Source: Blastocladiella emersonii ATCC 22665 (taxonomy: Eukaryota; Fungi; Blastocladiomycota). From it: 64,000 bases of DNA. The position numbers and the translations under genes were made by a program. The DNA lies in the NCBI GenBank assembly GCA_025594325.1, contig JANHCV010000004.1, forward strand, positions 1,116,001 to 1,180,000, written 5' to 3'. The notes under the pieces are model-generated. The model did not search any database, was not told the DNA's origin, and saw only the letters and a list, made by a program, of their open reading frames with translations. Of the stretch, positions 24,620 through 36,172 are shown piece after piece (within the stretch, counting starts at the first letter, position 1; each line of letters starts with the position of its first letter).

Positions 24620-25165
24620 ATGACCTTCGGCCCGATTTTCGTCCCGCCCGCCCAGTCGCAGTCCCAGTCGCAGTCCCAGGGCCAGTGGGGTGGCAACTGC
24701 GCCCAGCAGCAGTCCCAGTCGCAGTTGCAGACCCAGTTTGGCGGCAACGGCTCGCAGTCGCAGTCCCAGTCGCAGATCCAGCTTGGCAACGGCGGCAACC
24801 AGTCGCAGTCACAGTCGCAGTTCCAGGGCCACAACTCAGTCGATCCCGCGCAGCAGCAGTCCCAGTCCCAGTCGCAGACCCAGTTTGGCGACCACGGCGC
24901 GCAGTCGCAGGCCCAGTCGCAGTCGCAGCAGAACCACGGCGGCGACGCCTTCCAGGCCCAGAACCAGTGGTAGCAGCAGGGCCAGTGGGGCAACCACAGC
25001 TCAGTCGACCACGGCGGCCTGTTCAGCGGCGACCCGTCAACGTGGGACCCGTCGCCCGCGGACGGCGGCGACTTCCACATCCTGCCCGTGTTCGAGCACC
25101 CCAACGGCGTCGACTTTGGCAGCGACGCCACGGCCATCCACCCCGTCCACCACGGCCTCGCGTAA
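24620..25165 (+). CDS. Gln/Ser-alternating (QSQSQ) repeat protein; in-frame TAG at 24971-24973 (readthrough or pseudogene)
   Basis: Six QSQSQ-type blocks separated by Gly/Asn turns; after TAG the same frame continues for 63 codons with coding-like bias (QQGQWGNHSSVDHGG...HHGLA) to TAA at 25163-25165. Confidence 0.7.
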
Positions 25166-25591
25166 TCGTCGAGCCGCGTCGCCGCCACGCCTCCAAGGGC
25201 ACTCGCGAGGTCGCTGTTGCATTGAGAGCGTCTTGTACTGTAAAATAAGTTTTCATGTTTCCCGCTATTACACCACATCGTCCTTCATGACATGTTCATC
25301 GCGAGTGGAAGCGAGAGAGAGCGCGTCGCGGGCGCCACTCGAGGTCATGAAGCGACCTGGACACGGCCGCCTCGCTCCCTGGACACCGTGGAACGCTACC
25401 GAGTCGACATGGGACCTCATGCAACACACTGCTGGCTGCCCGACATCACCCACTGAGCCGTCTGCTCGCTTTCGCCGGGTGTGAGCCGGCTCGATCCTCC
25501 CTGAGCAGCCTTCGCACGGCGTTGCTCCCCTCGTCTGGCTCCCAGCCGCTCAGTTCTCGGCGCACTTCCTTCATTGAACTCGGCCTCGCTC

Positions 25592-28500
25592 ATGGAGCGC
25601 ATCGCTTGGCCTCCCCCTCGGCGCGCTGCGGGCCCGACCGAGTTCGGCAGCTCCCGCGATCGCGACTCGTGGCGCCGCGACAGCGCTACCGGCGCCAACA
25701 ACGACGACTCTACCTCATTCAGCAGCTTTGAGCGCCGCGCAACGGCTTTCCGCCACTGGGCTTCGCCGTCGCCGTCGCCGTCGCCGTCTTCTTCGGCCAC
25801 GGACATGAACGGGACCGCGTCCAAGGCCTCTCGTACGTCGAATCGCCGCCTTTGGTGCTTGATCCGCTCTGTATATTGACGACCATGATGGTATCTAGCC
25901 TGTAACTTCTTCAACAAGACTGGATGGTGCAAGTTTGGCGACAACTGCCGCTACTCGCACGATTCTTCGCTCGTGGAGCTCGAACCGGGCAAGAGTACGC
26001 GCTCCGGCTTCGTCGGCAGCGAATCAAGCGTTTTCTAACAGTCGTCCGCCCTCCCATCGTGTAGAGCTGAAGCAGCAGTGCGTCCACTTCGTCCGCGGCA
26101 ACTGCCGCTACGGCGATCGGTGCCACTTCTCGCACGACGTCGCGCCCTCCTCGTCCTCGTCCATTACCTCCTCTTCCTCTGCCTCTCCCAAGAGCACCGT
26201 TCGCACCATCGGCGACATTGCCGATGCGGCCCGCGACGTGATTCGGGCTTCAACCACTGCCGAGAACCCCGGGCGGCTGTACGTCATGCCGTCGCTCGCT
26301 CCCTCGAGTTGGCTCGTCGCCGACGCCGACCTGCGGCCATTTGGTCTCGCTGACCTCGACGGGCAGCGCGCCGCCAAGTTCCTCGCTGAGCTCCTGCGCC
26401 AGCTCGACGATGATCCAGCTGGGCTTCTCCTTGCCCTCGATCCCGACTGCCGTGTCCTACGCGCCCTTCGCGAGCTCGCGTGCCATGACGACTACTCTGC
26501 CGACCTGTACCTGGTCGGTGGCAAGTCTCTCTCGTTCCAGAGCGTCTTGCTGCCGCTCCTCTACGTCCTCTCGCACCGTGCGCTCGGGGTGTCGGCGCTG
26601 TGCGACAAGGTTGCGCTCGTCCGCGACGCCGTGGCCGACGCGACAGCGAACCTCGTCCACCAGTTCCTCAAGTGCGCCCGTGCCGCCCTCAACACGCGCT
26701 CGCTTGTGGCACCCATGGCGCTCGAGTCCGACGACGATGTTGCCAGCGCCACGTTCCAGCCGTTTTCGTTTGCGCAGGCGTTCGCACCGATGCTCAAGTA
26801 CCTCGAGCTCGTTGCGGCGTGCGACCCCGAGCCGGCCGAGCTCAACGTGGTCCGCACCGCACTCAAGAAGATCGAGGGCCTCGTCGACACGTGGGAGCCG
26901 CTCGTCGACATGGAGGGCGACGACGCGTTCGCCGCCATCGAGTCGCCGCGCGCCGTCGAGCTCGTCTGCGAGCTGCTCGCCAAGGCCAAGCGCCCGCTCG
27001 CTGCTGCCGTCTCGCTCGCCGACCAGCTCAAGGCCCAGCTCGAGCTGAACAAGCAGGCCGCCGCGACGCGGTCGTCCATGACCCTCTCGGCGCACTCTCC
27101 CTCCATGGTGATTCCGGCGTGTCGCCCGAGCGGCGCGCACGACAACGACGAGGAGGACTACCGCCACATCGCCATCGTGCCGACCATGGCCGAGATCATG
27201 TGCGACGACCCGCCGACGCTGCCCGGCAACCTGCAGTTCGACTCTGAGGCGCACTGGCTCCCGCCCGGCCCGCAGCGGCTGCTCGACACACACTTCCGCC
27301 TGCTGCGCCACGACATGATGGGCACCATCAAGGGCGGGGTGCGGCTGTTCCTCAACCACCTCAACGGCGGCAAGTCCATGCCGCACGGAGGCCGCTTCGA
27401 GCACAACACCGAGTCGCTGTCGGCGGACCTCATGGTCTACGCTGGCGTAAAGCCCGACAAGTCCAATATGTTTGCCGTCGACTCGCGAGCCGGTTTGCTC
27501 TTCAATGTGCGCTTCGACCGCCCGCGCTCGCTCGGCCTCGCCGACCTCAAGGACAAGTGCCTGCAGTGGGGCAACCTCGTCTTCATCGTCTACCCGGTGT
27601 CGCCCGACGGCCCGTACACGGCCGAGTTCGCAACGGTCACGCATCGCGAGTCGCTCGAGCGCGGCCTTGTCGGCCTCTCGTTCCTGGCCGAGGGTGTCCC
27701 CGGCCGTCTCGCTTTCAGCATGCACCAGTCGCTCGCGGTTCAGCGTCGGCCCATCCCGCCCGTCTACCTCGCCGAGTTCCGCGACTTCCTCTTTGAGTCG
27801 TATCGCCCGATCCTCGAGTCGCTGCAGGGCACTGCGCCGTGGTCGCTCCCGTTCGCCGACGTCATTTGCCCGCCATCGCCGCCGCGAGTGCTGGGTGAGG
27901 GCACGCGGGTTCCGCCCTACGCGCAGCTCGACGGCTTCACCTTCGACCTGTCGTTCCTCGCCGTGCGTCCTGACGCGCCGCCCATCATCTTCGCGCCCGC
28001 GTCGCCCGGCTCGCTCAACCGCACCATGGCGCTTCTCGCTGAGCACTCGGAGCTCGATGCGTCGCAGGCCACGGCGCTCCTCCAGGCGCTGTCGACGGAC
28101 GTGTGCTGCATCCAGGGGGCGCCGGGGGCGGGCAAGAGCCGTGTCGGCATCAGCATCGCGCGCGCCATCATTGGAGCGGTCGAGCACGACTCGGACTTCT
28201 CGATTCTCGTCATGTGCCATACAAACCATGCGCTCGATCAGTTCCTTCTCGGACTCGTCAACGCTGGGTTTGAGAACCTGGTCCGTGTCGGCAGCGGCGT
28301 CAGCGACGAGCTCAATGAGTTCCGCCCGCGGCAGTCGGCCGACGGGTTTGGCCGCAGATTGAAGGACGCCTACGAGTCGCTCGAACAGGAGGGCAGCACG
28401 CTCATCGAGGCGCTGGCCGATGCCCTCGATGATCCTGTCGATCCTGCTCGAGGCGCCATGCAGCGGTCGCTCCTGCACATCTGGAACTCGATTGGGAGTC

Positions 28501-31500
28501 GGCGGTTCCGCGACTGCGACTCGTTCACGGTCTGGTTCCACGGCTACGACCTCGGCGCGCGCGGCCTGCAGCACGTCGTTCCTCTTCATCGCCGCCCCGA
28601 GCACCTGCGCCATCCGCCCAAGTTCGAGCTCGTTGTCGGTGCTGGTCCGCATCGCCAAGACGCGCCGCCCTCGCCAACCAACGTCCCGCGCGCGGCCGTG
28701 CTGGAGCAGCGCCGCGCCCCGCGCGAGCTCGCCGAGCTGCTTCTCTCCAACGACGCGTGGTCCATGACCAAGGAGGAGCGCCGCATCGTCGCCGACCACC
28801 TTCGAGTCACCGATCCCGACTACTTCAACACGGACGACGTCGAACGGGCGACGGCGTTGTGCAACGACGTGCTGAGCGAGCTCAAGCAGCTGCGCCACGC
28901 CCGCGAGGTCAGGTCGGCCTGTCGCGCCCTCGTCATTGGCATGACCACAACGGGCGCCGCCGCTCGCCCGCACCTGCTGCGCGGCCTGTCGCCCGAGGTC
29001 ATCATCTGCGAGGAGGCCGGTGAGATTCTCGAGGCGCACACGCTCGCTGCCATGCACCCGAGCCTGCAGCATCTGATCCTGATCGGCGACCACAAACAGC
29101 TGCGGCCCAAGATCAACAACCACGACCTCTCGGTGCAGAGCCGCCCCGGCCGCGGCTACCGCCTCGACGTGTCCATGTTCGAGCGCCTCATCGTGCCCGA
29201 GCAGCCCGATCTCGTTCCTGCGCTCGGCCACGTGCAACTGCAGCACCAGCGTCGCATGAAGCCGATCATCTCGCAGTTCATTCGGCGCGGCGGCATCTAC
29301 CCCGAGCTCATGGACGGCGCCAACACGCTCGGCCGCCCCGCGGTTCGCGGCATGACCAAGGAGGTTTTCTTCATGGCGCACTCGCAGCCGCAGCTCGTCG
29401 CCTCGGACGGGCTCTCGTTGGGCTCGCACTCAAACGAGTTTGAGGCCGAGATGGCGGTCGAGCTCGTCGACCACCTGTTGCGCCAGGGCTACGCCGACAA
29501 CCAGATCGTCATCATCACGCCGTACATTGGCCAGCTTGCCCTCATCAACAAGGCCATGGCCAAGTGGCGTCTCGAGGCCCGCATCGGCGACCGCGACCGT
29601 CACGACCTGCTCCGCTTTGGCGGCGATGGAGACAATGACGGTGCTGCTGCCGCTCCCGCCGCACCGACCAAGCTCGGCAAGGCCACGATCCGCGTCGCGT
29701 GCGTCGACGCGTACCAGGGCGAGGAGGCCGACATCATCATCATCTCGCTGGTCCGCTCGTTCCTGCGCGACGGCTCGGACCGCGGCATTGGGTTCCTCAA
29801 GGTCGCCAACCGCGTCAACGTCATGATGTCGCGCGCCAAGCTCGGCATGTACCTCATCGGCAACGCGGCGCTGCTCGAGGCCAAGTCGGACCTGTGGGCG
29901 ACGCTCCTCGACGTGATGCGCGAGCAGGACCTCATTGGTCCCGCGTTCGAGATCGGCTGCCCAAACCACCACGACACGCGCCTGATCAACAACCCGGCCG
30001 GATTCCGCCTCCACGCGCCCGACGGCGGCTGCACGCTCCCGTGTGGGGCGACGTTTGACTGCGGCCACGTTTGCCGCCGTCGCTGCCACGGTGACGACCA
30101 CGACCATGCGGCCGTCGTGTGCCGCGAGCCGGTCGATGCCGTTGCGCTCCCGCGCTGCAGCCACGAGTACGCGCCGCTGTGCTCCGAGACGGCCGACCTC
30201 GACTCGCTCAAGTGCTCCGCCACGGTCGAGCACGTTTTCAGCTGCGGCCACTCGATCACGCTCTCGTGTCGCCGTGCTGCTGCCGGCGGCCTTGATACGC
30301 TCGAGTGCTCCGAGCTCATTCATCATGACCTTCCGTGCGGTCACTCGCAGTCGGTCTCGTGCATTCGGCTCGCTGCAGGCGACGTGCCCAACTGCACCGT
30401 CGCCATCGACTGGACGCCGTCCTGTGGTCACGCTGTCAAGATTCCGTGCCACCACCTTGCCGGCAAGACCGGCGCGTCGCTCGCGATCGCGGTGCACCTG
30501 TACTTTGCCGCCAACCACATCAAGTGCGACGCGCTGGTCGAGCGGGCTCGGCGCTGCGGGCACTTGGTCACGGTCCCGTGCCACGCCGACGTGGACGGCT
30601 ACGCAGGTCTCTGCCGCGTCACCGTGGACCCGATCGCGCTCCCGCACTGCGGCCACGAGTTCACGCCATACTGCTTCCAGCTCGGTGGCCTCAACAAGGT
30701 CAAGTGCGCGGCGCTCGTCGAGAAGTCGCGGAGCTGCGGCCACGCTCTCGCGGCGGCGTGCCACGCTGACGCGGACCAGCTTCGGTGCACATGGCGCTGC
30801 TCGGCGACGCTCGACTGCGCCCACGTTTGCGGTTCCAACACGCCCGAGCGCTCGTACATTACCGACTGCGATCGCCACCTTCGCCACCGCCAGCACGCGC
30901 CCTCGGCGAGCTCATCGGTCGACTCGACCGTCTCCTCGCTGTGCCCGCCCTGCACCGCGACTTCCACGCCACGCTGCGACCACGACCACGACCGCGAGCC
31001 TTCGACATGCGGCGAGCCGCGGGCGCCGTGCGCCGTCGCTCCCTGCGCTTGGACCGCGTGCTCCCACGGCATCGGCGCGTGTGAAATGCCCTGCAGCGCG
31101 CCCTGCACGCGTATCCCGTGCGATTCGCGGTGCGAGCTGGTCCTCAGCTGCGGCCATCGGTGCCCGTCGATTTGCGGCGAAACGTGCCCTGACGTGACCT
31201 TCTGCCAGCAGTGCGCGTCGATCGAGGTCCGCGCGCAGCAGATCGACTCAGGCGACGTCGACGACACGCAGTACCGTGAGCTCGATCTCGATGCCCAGCC
31301 CATCGTTGCGCTCAGCTGCGGCCATGTCGTTCCCGTTGATCTCCTTGACGATCATGTCGGTCTCAACCACTACTACGCTCGGTCGGGTATCCGCCCGATT
31401 GACGCCGACGTTGGCGAGCTGCGGCCGTCACCGACCTGCCCGATCTGCGCGACTCCGGTTCACCTCGCGCACTTTCGCCGCTACGGTCGCATCTTCAAGG

Positions 31501-32249
31501 CCGGTGCGGTGGATGACTACGACGACTTGCAGCTGCGCGAGCTCGCCGACAAGGTGATGCTGGCGCCCAAGTCGCACATCTCGGAGTCTGTTCGCCGATT
31601 CCAGCAACCGCGCAAGCTCACGGAGTGGGAGCTCGACCAGCTCAACCTGGTGGTCGAGGAGCTCGAGTCGCATCCTTCGCGACAGCTTCATCTCGCGTGT
31701 TTGCGCGAGTACGCGGCCGCAGCTGCGCGCGGTGAGCCTGTCGATACTTGGGCCACACTCAAGTACGAGGAGATTTACGCTCGCGCTCTGTTCGACCGCG
31801 GTGTTCTCAACAGTCGACTATTTGCTCACATGACGCTCGAGGATCCCGCTGCAGCCGAATTTTACTTTGACGACGCTTGCGTTGCCCTGATCCGCGCCAA
31901 CGAGCTCGCTCTTTACTCCGAGGACGCCCCGCTCGCGCTCAAGTCGACGCTCGCGTGGCTCGAGCTGCAGGAGGACTACATTGCGGCCCACGCGCGGTCC
32001 CTGCAAGCTGAGCCTCACGGCAAGCCCTCGATCGCGTCGCCCGCCCAGCTCTCGTGCCTCGAACTCCTCGATTTGCATGAACGCATCCTGCACCGCACCG
32101 TGCTGTTCGTCGCGCGTCTCGTCAACGAAACTGTCCCCGACGAGCTCATCGAGGATGCGCACGGCCTCAAGAAAAGGCTTGTCCGGCTCGAGCGCCCTCT
32201 CCTCGCGCTCGACGCGGGCGACGCCGCCCCAGTTCCACCAGCGGTTTGA
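25592..32249 (+). CDS. ZNFX1: ZNFX1/Hrr1-like NFX1-type zinc-finger SF1 (Upf1-like) helicase with two N-terminal CCCH fingers; introns 25833-25898 and 25995-26064
   Basis: CCCH fingers CNFFNKTGWCKFGDNCRYSH and CVHFVRGNCRYGDRCHFSH joined by in-phase introns; Walker A QGAPGAGKS, Walker B EEAGE, LIGDHKQLRP, VDAYQGEE, NRVNVMMSRAK; about 10 CGH-type NF-X1 repeats; RING-like LSCGH...TCPIC. Confidence 0.88.
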
Positions 32250-33347
32250 TACATTCAATTTCCTAGATCGCTCACTCGTATGCTCCTGATCTCGAGTCGA
32301 TGGTGGGTAGCGCGCGGAGAAGCCAAGCAACGCTGAGTGAGCAAGCTAGCGGGCTCATTATCGCGTCGTTCACCCACACGTGAGTGGCGCTTCGGACGCG
32401 AACTTTCGCGATCGCAAGAAGCAAGGCCCAGCTCAGGAAACACTCGCGAAATAAACTAGCAACACATCCGAATGAGGATATCGGCGGTTTTTCCCACATG
32501 CCCCGAGGGTGTTCTCCCCCACGGCCCAAAGTTTAACGCCGTATCCCCACCACGGCGGGCGAACTTCCGATGTCCATCTGTCCTTTTTGTTGCCTGCTTT
32601 GATCGTCTTTTATGGCTTTTGAGGTGCGATCTGCGTTTTTTATGCCTCTTTCAGTGTATATCTTATAGTCCGTGGCATCAGTTGGCCTCTTTTTTTTTAG
32701 ATGTCTTTTTTCGGGTACGTGACCATCCTTACTTGGGCCTTGGCATAGCAGAGCATCCAAGTAATGCTGCTCAAAATCCAAGTGTGGATCAAGCTAGGTA
32801 CACGTGGCAACGACAGACGACAGTTCGCAATTTTCGAGAGCGGGGGATGGCCGGGGACCGGCCCACCTTTTGAGGGCTCCGCGACGCGCGCGTCCCGTTG
32901 CGACGAGTGTTGACTCGGGTCACGGGATAAAACCCGCCCGGCAACCGGTCACTTGGACGGCCGCGTTTAACGTCCGAGCGGTGTGGAGGGTGATTCGCGA
33001 GCGAGCTCGGTGGGCGCAACGCGCCTCGCGCCCGAGTGGAGACAAAAACGTGATTTCGCGACGCGTCCATGGTGACCGACTGCGCCATGACACCACTCTC
33101 ATTTACTTGAACCACCTAGACGCTTCGCGTCTGGTTTTCAATCGAGGGCTAAAGCCCTCCGCCACGTTGGAGCACGGCACACGCGGGAGGTTTTGTACCG
33201 CTGACAGTCGCGCGTCATTATGGAGTCGCATCTCTGTTCCCATCACACACCAAAGTATTTAAAGCAGCCAAGTATACTTTATAACACTACAACTGAACTC
33301 TTACACTAAATCTCGCGAAGCCTCTTGCTCCGCCGCTGCTCATGCAA

Positions 33348-34824
33348 TTATGGAGCGCGCTTCTGCTCGCGCTTACGCTCGCGATACCGCCTTGAGTACT
33401 CTTGGTCGCGCGCCTTCTGCTTCGCCTCCTTGTCGCTCTTAATCTGGCGGTGCTCTTGCATCGCGTGGCAAAAGAGCTCCGCGACTCGGGGGTGGTTTTG
33501 CGCAACGGTTTGTCCGTGAGCGAACGCGCCCTCAGTCAACACGTCTAGCGCCTGGAGCCGCAAGTCTTCGGCCACGGCCCGCGGATCAGGGACCATGGCG
33601 TCGTACACGCTGTCCGGGATCGGATGGAGGACCCACAGAAACGCGCTCTCGCGGAGCCGCGAGAGCGTAACGTACAGCGACGACCCGTTGATCGATCCAG
33701 ACGAGCCAGCTGGGCACGGATCCGTCAAGATGATGGCGTTCTTGGTCACGCCTTGGACCCCGTGCACCGTCATCGCAAAGGCGGGCACGATTGAGAACTG
33801 CTTGATCTTGACCTTTTCGTGGTCCTTGTACTGCTCGTGAGTATCGACGTTCTTGACCATCTTGGCGCACAGTGCGCTGGACTCGGGTTTCTTGAGTTCG
33901 GTTCGCTCGCGCGACGTCATACCGCCCTCCTTGTAGAGAAAGTCGTCCGATTGCATGGCGAGCGGGATGACCGTGTCTGGCCAATCGGCCGGCATGCCAG
34001 GAGACTGAGGGCCAGGCGGCGCGTCGGGCAGGTCGATCCACACAGTATGTGGCTCCCGCGATGGGCGGTACATGCGCGAGCCGGTCTCGGTAAACGTCGT
34101 GCCTGGACACCAGTCGATGTGGTGCACGACGCCGATAGCGCCATTCGCGCACCCCTTCTCGACGCACTGGTTGACCTTGACGCGCACTTCCATGCCGACA
34201 AAGACCTCGAGGATGGTTGGCAAACGAGTGATCGAGTCGGGCTCCTCGGCGAGACGGAACAGGTCCCTTTCGCCAATCGGGAGGCGGACGGTTGCGCCGT
34301 TTCGCTCCTTCTTGCGCGTGATGCTGGCCTTGATCTGAAACACGACGGGTTCTGGGTCCGCAGCGGCGAGCCGCGTGTACAGCAGGTTGAAGGTGTGACG
34401 CGTGTAGTTGTCGGGCGCAATGACTGTGAACCCGCGCGTCTGGAGGATCTTCTTGAGCTCGTTGTTGCCCTGGTCGTCGCTCAGCTGGCGCAGGCGAGCG
34501 GTCGTGCGCGAGTCGAGCAGGCGGCGCAGCTCGTTGGGGGCCTTGTCGAGGCGGAACGCGTCGAGACACCTGCCCCATGATGGGTCGTTGACGAACCGGT
34601 TGCTGCGCACGAGTCGAACGACACGTCGGGCGCGCCAGTACGCGAGCTGGCCCGACTGCTTTTTTTTTCGCGCCCGTGGTGTCGTACGCGAGCAGCCGCT
34701 TGAAGAACGAGTCTGGCGCATCGACGAGCACCTCGGGTAGCTGGAACATCGCCGTGCCGTTCACTGGTAGAAGCTGCAAATGGTCGCCGGCGAGCATGAC
34801 GATGCAGCCGCCAAACGGCGACAT
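33348..34824 (-). pseudogene. 5'-truncated, frameshifted PIF1-family (Helitron-type) helicase
   Basis: PFGGCIVMLAGDHLQLLPV, VRLVRSNRFVND, NQCVEKGCANGAIGVV, PAFAMTVHGVQG, LYVTLSRLR; frame change at T9 run 34660-34668; Walker A/B absent. Confidence 0.85.
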
Positions 34825-36172
34825 GGTGTGCGCCGCGATCCAGTACGTCGAGCCGCCGCGCGCCGCGCCGGGCCCCCCTGTCCCCGACCCGATCCTCGCG
34901 CGCACCTCGATGATGCTCGTCAAGTCGCCCGCGGTCGGCACGCCCGGGTGGCAGCTGTTCGACCGCCTCACGCGGCGCCGGAATGCTGCCAAGGGCTTCA
35001 CTCTCAGCGTGACCGGCAACCTCTACCTGCGCCCCGTGTTCGTCTGCATGCAGGGTGTGCAGGTGCACGTGTACGAAATGGACGCGATGACCATCAAGCT
35101 CATTTCCGAGGCATACAACACCAACGTGCTCGTCACCATGCCCTTGCCCTACCACCTCGTTGTCACCGTGGGCATGGCGGCGCTCGGCATCCCGTTCGAC
35201 TTCATTGCGCAGGTGCAGCCGCAGCAGCAGCAGCAGATCACCACGCCGGCGCCGCCGCCTTTGGCGCCCACGGCGCCCGCCATGCCCCCGCCGGCCTCGT
35301 ACTTCAACCCGCCCTCCACCCCCTCTTCCTTGTCGTCGGCGCCCGCCTCGTCGTCGACGCCCGCCGTCCCGCCGCAGCAGCCGTCAACGGCCTTGTCCTT
35401 CAACCCGCCGTCGACCCCCTCTTTGTTGTCAGCGCCCGCCGTCCCGCCGCCTGCCCACCATCACCATCACAGTGGTTCCGCGTGCTCGTCGTCGGCGCCC
35501 GCTCTGCCGCCGCTGGTGCACCATCACGGCGGTCCCGCTGGCCGCAGCAACCCGTACGGCGCCCGCCTGCAGGAGTGCATCCCGCGGACCCCGGCCACGC
35601 AGCTGTCAGAGCTGACGCTGTCCTCGCCCGTGCGCCAGCTGCGGTTCGTGTTTGACGTGTCCAACGAGGAAGGCGACTCAGACCCCGAGTTCACAACGCG
35701 CATGGCGTGGATCCTGCGCGAGCTCAACGATGGCGTCGCCTCGTCGTCCTCCTCAACGACGGCCGTGCAGACCGCCGCACCGCAGATGACCAACGCGTCG
35801 TCGTTGTCCTTGACCGCCGTGCAGCCCGCCGTTTCGCAGGTCGACGCGACCGTCGCCTCGTCGTCGTCAACCTCGACGCTCTCGACCGCCGTACAGCCCG
35901 CTAGGCCGCCGGTCGGCTCGTCGGCCGCGTCGTCGGCCGCGTCGTCGTCGTCGTCGTCGTTGTCGACTTCAAGTGCGACAGTCGCGCTCGCGGCGCCCAT
36001 CATTGAGGAGGCGGGCACGACGGATCGCGAGGTCGCGTCGGCCACGGCCATTCCCGCTGACGCGCCCAAGCGCACGGCCGCCATGGCCGCCGAGGAGGGC
36101 GGTGACGACGACGAGGACGAGTTTGAGGCAGTCTCTAAGCGCCGCCGCCGCCGCCGCGGCGGCCGCAGTTAA
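34823..36172 (+). CDS. Orphan protein inside the Helitron-like element (globular-looking N-terminus, Pro/Ser-rich linker, basic C-terminus)
   Basis: About 449-aa open frame with GC3 bias from ATG 34823; ends KRRRRRRGGRS; T-rich 3' flank. Confidence 0.6.
   Translation: MVCAAIQYVEPPRAAPGPPVPDPILARTSMMLVKSPAVGTPGWQLFDRLTRRRNAAKGFTLSVTGNLYLRPVFVCMQGVQVHVYEMDAMTIKLISEAYNTNVLVTMPLPYHLVVTVGMAALGIPFDFIAQVQPQQQQQITTPAPPPLAPTAPAMPPPASYFNPPSTPSSLSSAPASSSTPAVPPQQPSTALSFNPPSTPSLLSAPAVPPPAHHHHHSGSACSSSAPALPPLVHHHGGPAGRSNPYGARLQECIPRTPATQLSELTLSSPVRQLRFVFDVSNEEGDSDPEFTTRMAWILRELNDGVASSSSSTTAVQTAAPQMTNASSLSLTAVQPAVSQVDATVASSSSTSTLSTAVQPARPPVGSSAASSAASSSSSSLSTSSATVALAAPIIEEAGTTDREVASATAIPADAPKRTAAMAAEEGGDDDEDEFEAVSKRRRRRRGGRS

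Noticed and set aside
24971-24973. Genome-wide TAG=Gln reassignment
   Set aside because: Long conserved genes contain no internal TAG/TAA, use CAG for Gln, and other genes end at TAG.
25417-25944. Separate minus-strand gene before ZNFX1
   Set aside because: Overlaps the first two ZNFX1 exons, which are supported by in-phase splice sites and a CCCH finger.
33116-33119. Canonical Helitron1 CTAG 3' end
   Set aside because: CTAG overlaps the hairpin instead of lying about 11 nt beyond it, and the flank is not A|T; the Helitron2/Helentron pattern fits better.
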